Shown piece after piece: positions 52,157-64,000 of a DNA stretch of 64,000 bases. The notes beneath the pieces were generated by a model. The model was given only the letters and a program-made list of their open reading frames with translations, did not search any database and had not been told where the DNA came from. Numbering within the stretch: the first letter of the stretch is position 1; each line of letters starts with the position of its first letter. A program made the position numbers and the translations under genes. Source of the DNA: Paraphysomonas bandaiensis (Eukaryota; Protista; Chrysophyceae); contig CBFFRP010000419.1 in the NCBI GenBank assembly GCA_965644295.1, positions 186,001 through 250,000 of the forward strand. Direction: 5' to 3'.

Positions 52157-52451
52157 TATTAGAATATGGATTTTATCCTAGTATATTCAATGTGGTACTT
52201 GAAGACAATGTACGAGAATACAGTCAAGTATAGTGATGTGTAGATGCTGCTATTATATTGAGAAAACTGAAATAGTTTGCTCGTTCAAGATATGTTTAGT
52301 AGCGAAAGGTCTACATAAGTAGTGATTTATGCATGGTGCTAAACGAGTTTGTGTTGTTTATCACAATTCGTGTAAACGATTATAATTAAGTCTATCTAGT
52401 CTAACAACTAAATCTCTCTTTGATCGAAGTAAGGATGAGCGTTTTCCAACA
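52157..52451 (+). mobile_element. Copia 5' LTR, copy 2 (295 bp)
   Basis: TATTAGAATA...TTTTCCAACA followed by the PBS-like TGGTAGCGAGCG at 52452-52463. Confidence 0.9.
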
Positions 52452-53455
52452 TGGTAGCGAGCGAGGAGGATAGAGGAGCATTTCCGCAGTTCAACGAGAA
52501 TAACCTTGAACAATGGATTGAGGATTTTGAGACATTCCTCATGAGAAAGAAGCAGAGTGAAGTAGCGGTGGAACTGCCACTTAAGGAAAGTGACTTCGGG
52601 GAACAGCCACTCACGTTAATGGGAGGAGAAGACGTACAGACAGGCTGTAAAGAGGTATTGAAAGGCGAACGCCATAGCGTATTCTTACTGCAGGGAAGCA
52701 GTGCAGCATTCTCCGAAGGCGCTGAGTAAATTCCATCTCTTGCATAAAGGGTTCAAGGCTGATGGGAGTGGTAGTAACAGATTCAAAACGCATGTGATGA
52801 TTGATGAGTTGAAGAAATGTTTTGCTGGAAAGAAAGCAGAACAGAATGAAAGTGATCTGTTAACTCAGTATGGTTCCTTTCGGATGCGTCCGGAGGAGAC
52901 TGCGAAGGACTACACACTACGGTTCGAACTCCTGCTGAAGGAACTACAGGAGCAGCAGCAGGACATATCGGAGTTGTTTGCTGAATGAGGAATATGGTCA
53001 ATTGCGAGTTGGGTTATATTTGATGGATGATGATGTTGATTATGTAACGTTATCACGAAAAATTGAACGCTATGATGATACCATGGCTGGGAAAGAAGCG
53101 TTAGAGAAGAAGCGCAAAAGAGTGGAGGAGTTGAACTTCATCGATAAAGGGAAATGGTCTCGAAAAGAGCAGGATCAGCGCAAGAAGAGCAGCGGTAGGA
53201 AGAAGAAGCCGAGGAAGAAGGATAAAGAAATATCTGGACAGCGACCTGGGAGTGCAGAATACACAGATTGCAGAAAGTACAAGTCAATGGAACATCTTGC
53301 TGCTGATTGTCCAAAGATATGAAGAAAAAGTCTACTCGAGGAGGAGAGATTGATGGACGTAAGCCAGATAAGAGGTTATTGACAGTGGAGAACATTCGAC
53401 GAGGAGAACCGCTTGACTTATCTGATGACGACGAAGCAAACATGATAGAGCATGA
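52451..53455 (+). pseudogene. Copia gag, copy 2, frameshifted; no pol
   Basis: Across frames it shows the UBN2/gag_2-type FRMRPEETAKDYTLRFELLLKELQ, then LNEEYGQL, and a degenerate zinc knuckle CRKYKSMEHLAADC. No protease, integrase or RT follows. Confidence 0.85.
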
Positions 53456-53610
53456 AGAGTATATAACATGTCATAATTCTCTAGCTACAGGAAGCTACAT
53501 GCGCCATTTAAGAAAACTACTTCTTATTACACGCTCTCCCTAGGTCCACATGACCACACACACCTCACGATGAACATACTACAACAACACATTGTCCCAT
53601 GCATCATAAG

Positions 53611-53896
53611 TGCCCCATTCTGAGCGCGTACTTAGGTAGAGCCGGGTGGGGGCCGGGAGGGTACCTAACTAATACTTGATTATGTCCCACACGTTATTAT
53701 CTAGCTACCTACTGAACCCAACTAGCTACATCATTATCACACGGTATTCAGCGCTGAATATGCAGTGAGACCCCGAGTGGGGAACCGCTGAACTCTGAGC
53801 AATGTGTACATAGGTAGAGGTGCGCTGTCGCAACACTCAGCAGCACCCACTAGGGGGGGCGCACGCAGTGATTATTTACGCTGTCAGTATGGGGCA
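53611..53896. mobile_element. 286-bp MITE with 13-bp TIRs
   Basis: TIRs TGCCCCATTCTGA and TGCCCCATACTGA (12/13). Partial copies lie at 45681 and 52018. No clear TSD. Confidence 0.8.
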
Positions 53897-54315
53897 ATCT
53901 CCATGGTGCAAGTGATCTAACTTCATCACCAGGACTTTGAAACTTCAATAATATGAATTTCAGGGTTTGGGTCACATTGTGTTTATCAGGATATTATGTG
54001 CCTTATATCATACACACATCATTCAATCAGTTGTACTATTAAGCGTATTGTATATAAATGTGATGTTGATGCAAATTAAGGCAATATAAATCCTTTTGTG
54101 TGGCTACAACGGTTTACATTCATCATCACACATATGAAACTATTTATGTACTTCATCCTTTCACGTGACATAAAAGATGCTAGATTAGTATAGTTAATAA
54201 TTATTTATATTTTATATGATATACTTTTGTAGCCGTGGATATGGTAGTCTTTGTCAAGCAGCGTGGTGCGATCTTAATGACTAGCACTAAATATGGAATC
54301 TACGCAAGTATTTAT

Positions 54316-54617
54316 TTGGAAATTGCTCATTCTTAACTAGATCCCAGAGAGAATTTGTCGTTAGACTAGATAGATTAATTAATATCGTTTACACGAATTG
54401 TGACAAACAACACAATCTCATTTTGCTCCATACATAATATCCTACATATGTGAACTTCTCGTTACTAAACACTAAACATATCTTGAAAGATCAAACTATT
54501 TCAGTTTCTCAATATCATCACAGCATGTATGTGTACATCACTATATTTCACTGTATTCTCGTACATTGTCTTCAAGTGACACACTGAATATACTATAATA
54601 TAATCCATATTCTAATA
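54316..54617 (-). mobile_element. Solo Copia-type LTR copy
   Basis: TTGGAAATTGCTCATT...TATTCTAATA, closely similar to 25660-25953. No clean TSD. Confidence 0.88.
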
Positions 54618-55055
54618 GAATAACGAGACAGCTATTAGGATTCAGCGTAATACATGATTGTATCTGTGAGTTATAATGTTCAATGAAATATATCATGAAC
54701 TGAATTAGAGAGAGTATCTGTCGAAGATACATGATCGTCATCATTATCAGTCACAATTCTAACTATTCCGTTGTGCAAGATAGTTATATTCTATATTGTT
54801 ATTCATAATTCTCACTCTACTGTGTTCATTGCTTACACTCTAATAATCACAACATTGTTTACTATTATAAAGATCAATTCTTTATTACAACAATAGTCCT
54901 ATATGTTAGTACGGATTGTTGGGTCGGTTTAATAGTGGTGAGACGCTATCTAACAATAGTATTGCAATATATTGTTCCCTAGCCCTGGCATAGAGAGCCT
55001 CAAAATACAACATCTACTTTGGATAATTACGAATTACAAACAGCTATGACAGAAG

Positions 55056-56803
55056 TCATGCAGACGACAACTCAGCCCTTTTTTCTTGAATTTTTGCAAT
55101 CGTTCCGAATTCCAAAAACTCGTCAATCATCTCACCACATTTCGCTCCAATGCCATCGATTTTCATCTTACCTTTCGAAACAGCTTTTCCACTTGTGATT
55201 GGCTCATGGTGCTGTCGAACAGCAGCCGCTGCCTACATTTCCATAAAATAAATACACTACCAATATAGGCGGCTGACATACATACTTTTCTATAAGTATT
55301 TCCAGCTTGACTGTTTCCAGTTTTAAAATAGACCTCACTAAGCTCTGACAAAGCTGCCACAATTCTACAAGTCATCCAAAACAATATAAGACAAAATAGA
55401 GTACATCCTGGGCGTAATACCCCTCATTGGCTGCACATTTAGTTCCAGTTTTGCTGGTCTCTGTGCGCGCTGCAACGGCCTTGACTGTACCGAACATCTC
55501 TTCAGCCATGCCTACCAGAATTATCCCAGAATTAATTCACCACGTACTCTAAAAAAGTTCTGTTTTTTTAATTACCTAGTAACTCTTGGCCAGAGGCAGC
55601 AGGATTATTCATAAGTAGTGTCCCCAGTTTTACCCTGGCCTCATGGTCAGCCTCGGGAATGTTCAGTCCTTCATCCCGCGCCATATCCACGAAGCGCGAA
55701 ACTGCTGCCTTTTTACCATTCACACTATGCATGTCCAGGTCATCAAACAATCCGGCCGCTCTGGTGGTATCAATGGTGGGCTGAAAGGATGCCTCCGCCG
55801 CTATTTCCTCTGCAAATAGTACACTGTTATGTCAATATGTAGGCGAAAAATGAGACAAGTTGAGACAGCGTATGAAGCGAAAGACGCAATTATAGGTACC
55901 TTCAGTTTTGGCGTGGTCTCGCCAAGTCAGCCTCTCGACGGTGTTTGCAGGGGCTTTAAAGTAACAGCGCACGAAAGTTCCCAATTCATCGTTGAATGCT
56001 CCATTGCAGCTTACTTGCTTTTCACCTTTGATAGACTCTGCATAATACAGTAAGGATGTTACGGAATACAGTAGAGCGTTTGACCACCACACCACACAAT
56101 AAGTATAAAGACTTCACACGTACCGAGTTTGAGTTTTCCCTTGCAACCCGGTTGCGGACAAGGAGGTAGGGCGCCATTGATTTCTCCATCGACACATCTG
56201 CGCACCAGTTCCGTCTACCGATATATTAGACGTCATCTAGGAATATTTATGTCTAACCTTGGTGCCAGTAATGTGCTGATTATTCCACCGCATGTAATCC
56301 TTCAACTCATCTAGTGTCTTAGCTTTATACTTGGCATACACGTTTTGCTCTGCCTCACTCAAGTCATCAAGGGCATCGCCCTGGCCAAAGACCCCACGTG
56401 AGCAATGCACAATTAATACAAGATATCCCCACCCGTGCTTTCTTCGCTTCAGAACCTCCTCTACCTTCAGCTTTCCGCTTCAATGTATCTTGTGGTCTCA
56501 TTATAGTCTCTCGCAGCAGATCCATCTGCTCATCACTAACCCCATCCATCTCAAGATTATTAAAGAATTCTTCTGGATCAACCTTCTTTGGAATAGTAAA
56601 ACAATTGACATGTACCCATGACGTCATGTTGATACTATCATCCGTTACTCGATGTGTGCCTATTCTCAACTCATCTTTATTAATTTTCGATTTACACTAA
56701 TAACAAAACCATTTAAATGTATTGCATATTCATGATGTTGAATACATACCTTTTTGCATGTTGATCGACCGGATTTAGCAGGTTCTACGCTATATGTTGC
56801 CAT
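55056..56803 (-). CDS. PARP-type zinc finger + PADR1 (Zn3) + Pol X N-terminal HhH (8-kDa-like) protein, about 8 exons
   Basis: Spliced product contains YSVEPAKSGRSTCKK|CK...LRIG...WVHVNC (zf-PARP), GTK|TELVRRCVDG..NGALPPCPQPGC...VSCNG...VRC (PADR1) and GNTYRK|VAAAV...ITSGK...KIDGIGAKCGEMIDEFLEFGTIAKIQE (HHH_8). Stop at 55056. Confidence 0.82.
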
Positions 56804-57341
56804 GGCTTCTCTGTTGTAAAGTAGCTTCGTTTATAATGATGATCATAAGCAACCATTTGGCCTGAATGTAGAAACAATAATTTCAGTTAACTGAATAATC
56901 TTGCCTGTTAAAGATACCGTTTCTCGAGAGAGAGAACAGCTTTTCTTCAACTCAACAACTGAAAGTACGTGGGAACCCTTTGAAGATAGCCCTTCTGGAG
57001 AGAATACGGTAAGCAATACATTATATTTCCATCTATCTGTACGTACATACACGACAGGTTACGTACTTAACAGGCGTGTTGTAGTGGTTAAAATAAACAC
57101 AGGCATGAACCACTTATCGCATGAGCCTCTACAGGCCCCATGAGATTAACTCCATATCAATTATGTAATTATTAAAATTATATAATGATCTCCTCATATG
57201 AGACACCTGTACATTAATACCTAAAGGAATGAGCACTGTAGTGAGGTCAAAGGTGTTAAACAAGCTACGGTCTCGAATTGTCTCTGTGGATGCAGTAGAT
57301 GAAGGTTTTTTATACCTGTTTTATTATTATTGTATAAATAT

Positions 57342-58718
57342 ATGGATATGACAGTGTCTCTTATTCGTATGATATCATCCAGCTATAGTGAATATCCCAA
57401 TTCTGAACACAGTGGCTCACCTTCTTCGAACTGTGGGAGTGAGTCGGGTGAAGAAAGTAGACAACTTGCCTTCACTCCACCTCGCAGTCGGGGTAATTCG
57501 AAAGAAGAGTTTCAACTGGTCGAATATGATGTCATTCGCTGTATCTGTGCCTGGTGCGTATAATTGATTGCTAGTCACAATGTGTTGACCTTTACGTAGT
57601 ATCGCCTTGCAAGTGCAAAAATCTGTTGAAGACAAGTATGTACCCTCTGTACAGTATGAATGCTTTAACAAACCGTACACCAATGCCATGGATATTGACC
57701 CCTCGGTACGATTGTTGCAGTTAATGGTTATGGCTTTAATATTTGCTGGTAGGAGTACTCATTGGAAGCTATCCAGTTTATCTTTACGATTATACACAAA
57801 GAGAGCCAGATGGAGTATGAGTGCATGATAATTACCCTAATCTACTTAGAACGATTGGCACGTCTGACCAACAATGCATTCCGGGTCTGCGAATTGAATT
57901 GGCGGTACATACTATTTACCTGCATGATGCTGGCCAGCAAGATATGGGACGATTTTGCTATGATTAATGGCGAATATGCAACGATTTTTACAAATTTGAA
58001 GCTGTCTCTGATAAATCAATTAGAGCTTGAGGCACTGAAAATATTCAACTTCTCCCTTGCAGTTAGCAATGTCGAGTACACCAGTTACCACGCGAAGATA
58101 CAGGATTTGGTCGCCGCAGCCAAAGTTAAGATGGTACATGATCGCCTTGCAGTAGATTATTTCATGGCATCTGATGAAGTTGAAGTGGAGAGTATTGATA
58201 GTTATAGTTGGCCCGCATCTGCAGAGTCTTCTGCTAAATTTCCAGGCACCTTGCACAAAAATGAGAGTGCTAAAACCACCATGAGTAGCGAGGATATTTC
58301 CGAACAAAGCAGTTTTCAGGAACGACTTCATCGTTCTCATGCTGTTCAGCCATGTACTCGATCAAATATCCCTAGCTCATGTGAGAATGAGGATGATGAG
58401 AAGTTAGAGACCGATATGACAGTTGTTCAACGCAGTGCTGCATCTGATAGCTGTCTCCTTAACCTAAAGCCGAAAAATACTGCCGCTACTGTTAATATGT
58501 GCAAAGTTGCGTCTGTCCGGAGGACACTGGAGGGAATGTTACACGCATGTCGTAAATCTTTCTCTCTTTTGCCGAAGGATTCTGCTAAAGTCCATCCCGG
58601 CAATTTACCAGTAAACAGAACTGGTTGTAGAATCTGTTTAAACCGTGAACGGACAAGTTGTGAGTGTGATACCGAGCGCCCTTCCCTAAAGAGCATGACC
58701 ATAAGTGTATATCACTAG
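57342..58718 (+). CDS. Cyclin Y-like cyclin, 3 exons
   Basis: Cyclin box ECMIITLIYLERL...NWRYILFTCMMLASKIWDD...INQLELE.L. Introns at about 57554-57599 and 57707-57752. Confidence 0.85.
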
Positions 58719-60366
58719 ATACCCTCCCCATACCAACCTATAGAAGATTTTATTTATGCGGACGCGTTTCAACGATTATTGCTTTGTTTTCTGAGGCATA
58801 TGTCAATGTGTCAGGAGTGTACCTTAACCTGGGCAAATATTGATCAATTTCTACTGTGTAGACAAAGTGTGACATTGGCATGTGTCAATTTGAAGATGAT
58901 AATATTTTATTGGCGATGATGGACAGTGCTTTCTTATAATGATGATAGACCCCTTAATATTCTATATTAATCCGTCATATGGTGTCATTCATTGCTGCGT
59001 ACAAACGTATCACGTATTGCTTATATATATATATATACATTGTATGTACCATATTTGAATTATTATATTTATATTTATATTAGAAAAATGTTTTTTTTCG
59101 CTGCTTTATTATTAGCTTGCTGTACGAAATATTCCGTGTTAACTAATACATATTGTGTAAAGTTGTTATGTAGATGTCGTGAGTTCGTTTACTTTTTACA
59201 TGGCCAGCTCGAGAAGCTGTGATAGCGCGGGGGTTTGTCGGCCACTATAGTACATAAGCGTGAAAAAATGTAGTTGCATGGGGCTTTTGTTGACATTCAA
59301 TCCCTGTTGGCGCAACTGACTCCAGCGCTGTGTGTATGATACTAAGCATACATTCGTGGTAAGCACGATGTGACCCTAACCATTAATTTTTTCAGTGCGT
59401 ACATTAGGAAATATTATTCACCATAGACAATTTGGTTGAAAATTTATTACCAAAACTGGTGGAATAACCTAGTCACTTAGTCACTATAGTCAAAGTAATA
59501 AATGACTCTATCTAGTAAATTTTTTGTATTAAACGTAGTCGTTCTTCTTTCCATTGATTATACACTGTGACTGTCTAAGATACCAGCTCACAGCTCACAC
59601 CACGCAACGTATGAACGATAGCTATATATATAGTGAGTGCTATTGGGAAGAGAGGTTGATAAAGCTGTCGATATAACACACTCTATGATCTGCAGGACAT
59701 CTCTAGATATTTATTTGCTATATAACAGCGCTTATCTTCCTTCACCACTTCTTTTCTGAATATACACTTTATTGCAGGCTATGTAAAACACATTTATAGC
59801 TCTCTACATAACTTAATTATATATCCGTAGGGGACATTGATGCGAAGCACATGTTGAGCTCCACCAAGCTTGGCTAGCCTACAATGCAGCGAGGACCATC
59901 ATAAACGATGAACCCGCCAATGTCATGGCCCTCAAGAGATTGTGGAACGGCACCGGACTTGGTCAACGAGAAGCTATCCAATTATCAATAATATGGGAAT
60001 GCGAAGATGAAATGTGATTTTATTGCATGATGTTGTGCACAATAATATCTTTATAGGAATTAAAATATGTTTTCTTTATAATAGTAGGATGATGAATATA
60101 TATATATATATATAAGATACGACGGACTAGCTCAGAGTGTCAACACAGCGCAGCGTTTGATTGATGATGATAGCAGCTGGTGGAAGCGAGCACACCTTAG
60201 CATGAGCAAACTCGATACAGCAGCATGAAGCACTTGTGTGTCAGAACTATAAGTTTGAAAGAATATTTAGTAGAGCTAAAATTGTTATGACTCCTCGGCC
60301 TGATAACAACTTATGTTTTTACGTGCTGCTCCGTTTGTATATAGCTAGCTATAATATACGTACGTA

Positions 60367-60640
60367 GATTAATTGCAATTTCAATTGAAGTAATTGAAAT
60401 TTGGGACAACAAGTAATAACTGCAATTTTAATTGACTACAACCTGCGCCAATTAAGTGACTACGCATCCGGGCTAGTTCACCTTAAGAGGACAGAGAGCT
60501 AAAGTTGTTGCACCTTGGTGCTTACGTAACGCCAACGAGTATGATATTATCATAGTAAATGACTTGTCAGTTAAATTGTTTTGCTACATTAGTTCTGACT
60601 CTTACACCTATTTTTCTAATAATAAGACAATCGCTATGTT
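60367..60640 (-). repeat. Inverted family A end plus inverted family B repeat
   Basis: Reverse-complement similarity to 9575-9690, 9290-9310 and about 9105-9140. Confidence 0.6.
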
Positions 60641-60972
60641 GCAAAGCTATAGCTACAGCCACAAGTTGATAATAAGCGGTAGTGTTATTATTAGTTTTGT
60701 TTTATCAGGAGATATTTGTGATAGTAATGACTACTTGCATTATAATTTGTCAAGTATCACAGACTACAAAATACTGTGTGTAGCATTATACATTATAATA
60801 ATGTTATTATGATGTATATATTGAATTTATAATTGTATGCGTCGTTTAATTCTTACGGTAGCCCTCTACCATTTCACAACCCCAAATTCAAATAATTTCA
60901 GTATACTTTTCTGGTAGGGGTACACTTGTTGTGTGTAGCAATTATTGAAATTTGTTTTTGAGTTTTAGTATA

Positions 60973-61383
60973 AAGTCGAGGTAATACCAAAACCTGGTAA
61001 AGCGATTTCACCAGGTTTCATATCTAAGTATTGAGTTATTATTTTACTGTAATTTGTAGCTGAGAGGTTAAAGATAAAGAAAAAGTTGCAATTATAGTTG
61101 TTATTAGCAATTATTATTGCGTTACAAGTTGGCCCTGCCACGACTTGTGTTTTGTAATATCATATTCTCATATAGCTGCATTTGCCTCTTGAGATTGCAA
61201 ACGCTCCAACCGAATAGCCTGGCTTTGGATACAATGCATACGCATAAAGCTATCTTCACCACTACTACTACTTACAGTAGTAGTATTAGTACTTATTGTG
61301 CATAGTTATACCCTTTTCCGACCATCACCAAAAATTTCACCAGGTTTTACATCAAAACCCAGGTTTTGGTATTACCTCGACTA
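60973..61383. mobile_element. hAT-type MITE (411 bp)
   Basis: Perfect 24-bp inverted repeat AGTCGAGGTAATACCAAAACCTGG at 60974-60997 and 61359-61382. 8-bp TSD TTAGTATA/TTAGTACA; subterminal TTTCACCAGGTTT repeats. Confidence 0.88.
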
Positions 61384-62603
61384 TTAGTACAAGTTATTGC
61401 TATTCCGTAAATGTACATGGATACTATTAAATACTTTGATTTCATTTGTTTTATTAATAATGTTAATCAGGTAACATCTATTTTCTCTTACAGGAGCAAA
61501 CTACAAAGAGCTATACATTTTATTATATAATATATATTACGTTTTTACAACAATATTATGTTGTCATGAGGATAAGCTTCAGGGATATATATGGAGTTTC
61601 GTCCCTCCTGTCCAAATATTATAAAACTTTGGCTATTCGTCCTCGTTTCGAAACTTTAAGGACGATATAACTTCCTTATCCCTTCGTCAATGCTTAAGTA
61701 ATTTTTTTCAGTTTTATTCTAAAAAATAAAATCTTCGTCAGTTTGAACTTTTACAATAGCGTCATTATCGATATTATATATATATATAGGTTGTTTTCTA
61801 AATACAAATGTCAATATATTAAAGCGAAGTTTTGAATTGCTGATATTATGTTGGTAACTTGTAGCTTGTAGGTCATGTCGTGGCATATAGTGATGGAGGA
61901 TGTCTCAGGCCTAATATAACATATAACTCACTCTTATGTCGCCCTTTTTGAACTCTCGCAGAATAGAACTTTCCTCCCATCAATGCCTACACATCACAGC
62001 CCCACAATACTACTCGGACACGATATATCACACCGGCGCTCCCATAACATGTCACCCCACCTTGGCCTCCGTTGGACACTCTGGGAGTCGGCTGCGGACA
62101 CACATGCAACTTGGTGGAGGAGGAAAGAACCCTCAGATTGAAACAGTAAGAATAACGACTACGTACTATTGCGATTTCAGTGTCACGTCCATCTTTGAAA
62201 AATACTGCATTCGTATTGAATAGCATAAATAATATGTAATATTGACAAGAGATCAATTATATTAAGTTATAAACAACTGATAATAAGCTAATAAGTATTG
62301 ACTGAATAGTAGAGTAATTAATTGAAAGTACCGAGTAGAATATTTTACAATATAGTGCCATAATACTTTCTACGCATAATAAATGTTTATTCGCCCTAAT
62401 GATCTACAATACAATATATATATCGTTAAACATGTAGTATTCATACCAATTCTCGGTTTTGTCGAGCTTTATATGCAGAAGCAATACTACAACCAAACCT
62501 CGTATATTAACAAGTAACGAATGCTTAATAAGTATATTATCTTTCACGCAAATAATATATCATTCATTTCTATTAAACTATATACACTACAAATAAACTC
62601 ACT

Positions 62604-63293
62604 TTAAGCAGGTAGTTCATTTTCTGGTTGCTCTTTATTATACTTGTTGCGATAGTGATCTCTTAAGTTGTCATACTTCTCGTATATAACCACCCTCTTC
62701 ACATCGTGCTCATCGTCCATTAGGCGCACTTGCTCGTCCATAAGAGTAGAAAAGTCTGTATCAACTTTTCTTAGCGACTCATATAAGGGCCATGTCACGC
62801 AGAATCGTACTATTGACGTCATTGAAACAAAAAATGCGCCATAAATGACAACAAAGTACCAACGTTTCAGTGTTGTCACAACGTTGCTAGACAAGTCGTC
62901 AGTATCGTCCAAGTAATCCAGAAAACGTTGTTGTCTAATAAGCAATCCTATAGCTATACCAAGTCCGGCAAGAGACATGACCACAGCCACATAACCAGAT
63001 GGAATAATAGCACAGCGACAGCTCGACATCGAAATTGCAGCAAAGCTAAGAAACGAAACGACGAGCAAAAGAGATCCTAGTGTTATAGCTGCCCAGCCAA
63101 TCCACGTTGTTTCTGTCTTCTCTGGGTGGTTACCAATCTCAATTTTTAAAAATATACCGAATATCAGTAATACACATCCAATACTGAAATCAACTACATT
63201 AAGAGCCATTATGCCAAACTTACCCACACAATTAGAGCATTTATCACAGCATGATAATGTGGACATTTTCTTGTATGTCTTTAGCTTCGTCAT
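62604..63293 (-). CDS. Tetraspanin-like 4-TM protein (229 aa, intronless)
   Basis: Four hydrophobic segments with the tetraspanin-like N...F.IG..L...G pattern in TM1, juxtamembrane Cys and a C-terminal coiled coil. The ORF-track start at 63668 only reads through the microsatellite. Confidence 0.7.
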   Translation of the reverse strand: MTKLKTYKKMSTLSCCDKCSNCVGKFGIMALNVVDFSIGCVLLIFGIFLKIEIGNHPEKTETTWIGWAAITLGSLLLVVSFLSFAAISMSSCRCAIIPSGYVAVVMSLAGLGIAIGLLIRQQRFLDYLDDTDDLSSNVVTTLKRWYFVVIYGAFFVSMTSIVRFCVTWPLYESLRKVDTDFSTLMDEQVRLMDDEHDVKRVVIYEKYDNLRDHYRNKYNKEQPENELPA

Positions 63294-63348
63294 GGCTTCA
63301 GTGCTGAGTAATGTCTGTTCAAGATGATGAGGATTGAATAGTAGTAGC

Positions 63349-63605
63349 ATGTATGTATGTATGTATGTATGTATGTATGTATGTATGTGTGTATGTATGT
63401 ATGTATGTATGTATGTATGTATGTATGTATGTATGTATGTATGTATGTATGTATGTATGTATGTATGTATGTATGTATGTATGTATGTATGTATGTATGT
63501 ATGTATGTATGCATGTATGTATGTATGTATGTATGTATGTATGTATGTATGTATGTATGTATGTATGTATGTATGTATGTATGTATGTATGTATGTATGT
63601 ATGTA
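63349..63605. repeat. (ATGT)n microsatellite, about 64 units
   Basis: Near-perfect tetranucleotide array with two substitutions. Confidence 0.98.
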
Positions 63606-64000
63606 GGCAGGTACAATTGCTATCTTTTTTAGGTGTATTTTTTTGCCAATCAAACACAGTTTACTCAAGAAAAGGGGTAGTATTTGCTTGGTATTTTAGA
63701 AATCGTCGTAATCTCGAGTAGTGGGACGCGAACATCTCTGCTGTCCGTCACAGCATCTAGCACGTGAGGTAAACTGAAAGTATAGTTTTATAGCTATCGC
63801 TTGTATATCTGAAGAACGACCAGCCAGTGCGCCGAAGATAGACATTAACATATTTGTATATATCCATAATATTGCTACTCATATAGCTATAATTCATCTG
63901 CAAGGAGTGTATTGTATTAGGTCATCCTTCGCTACCCCTTGTGTGAATGGATGGTTAATCTACTGTTAAACCACTAGATCTATAAAAGCAGTTCTGCTGA

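Noticed and set aside
52157-54617. Full-length LTR element from 52157 to 54617
   Set aside because: The two LTRs are in opposite orientation and from different subfamilies, and there is no pol.
53961-54987. Possible hAT element between CAGGG at 53961 and CCCTG at 54987
   Set aside because: The TIR match is weak and the flanking 8-mers do not match.
59690-60230. Exon-like GC-richer patches with splice-like signals
   Set aside because: No consistent reading frame or recognisable protein motif could be assembled; possibly a decayed gene or element.
63290-63721. ORFs with YIHT or MYVC repeats
   Set aside because: These are translations of the (ATGT)n microsatellite, which is stop-free in all frames.

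Overview
Gene-dense eukaryotic nuclear DNA in the standard code, with short GT-AG introns (mostly 45-60 nt). Gene content suggests a protist, probably a stramenopile such as a chrysophyte; this is inference. About 18 host genes are present, most in head-to-head pairs: mitochondrial Hsp70, APRT, a stand-alone L-arabinokinase-type glycosyltransferase domain, a TPR-Aha1_N fusion, mitoribosomal bS6m and mL49, a Byr4/Bfa1-like protein, a large USP9X/24/34-like deubiquitinase, a lipid-anchored pseudokinase, a membrane-anchored FABP-like protein, a 7-repeat cell-surface protein, a PARP-ZnF/PADR1/Pol-X-HhH fusion, a cyclin Y-like protein and a tetraspanin-like protein. Intergenic intervals hold many mobile-element relics: hAT-type MITEs with 8-bp TSDs, two hAT transposase remnants and five copies of a ~295-bp Copia LTR with non-canonical TA...CA ends. 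The 45-55 kb region is a nested element island. It includes a 1.2-kb intronless virus-like fragment (OLV11-type tyrosine recombinase plus a putative viral SSB) fused to a truncated Copia gag. All family assignments are from motif recognition by eye, not database searches, and some exon boundaries are approximate.
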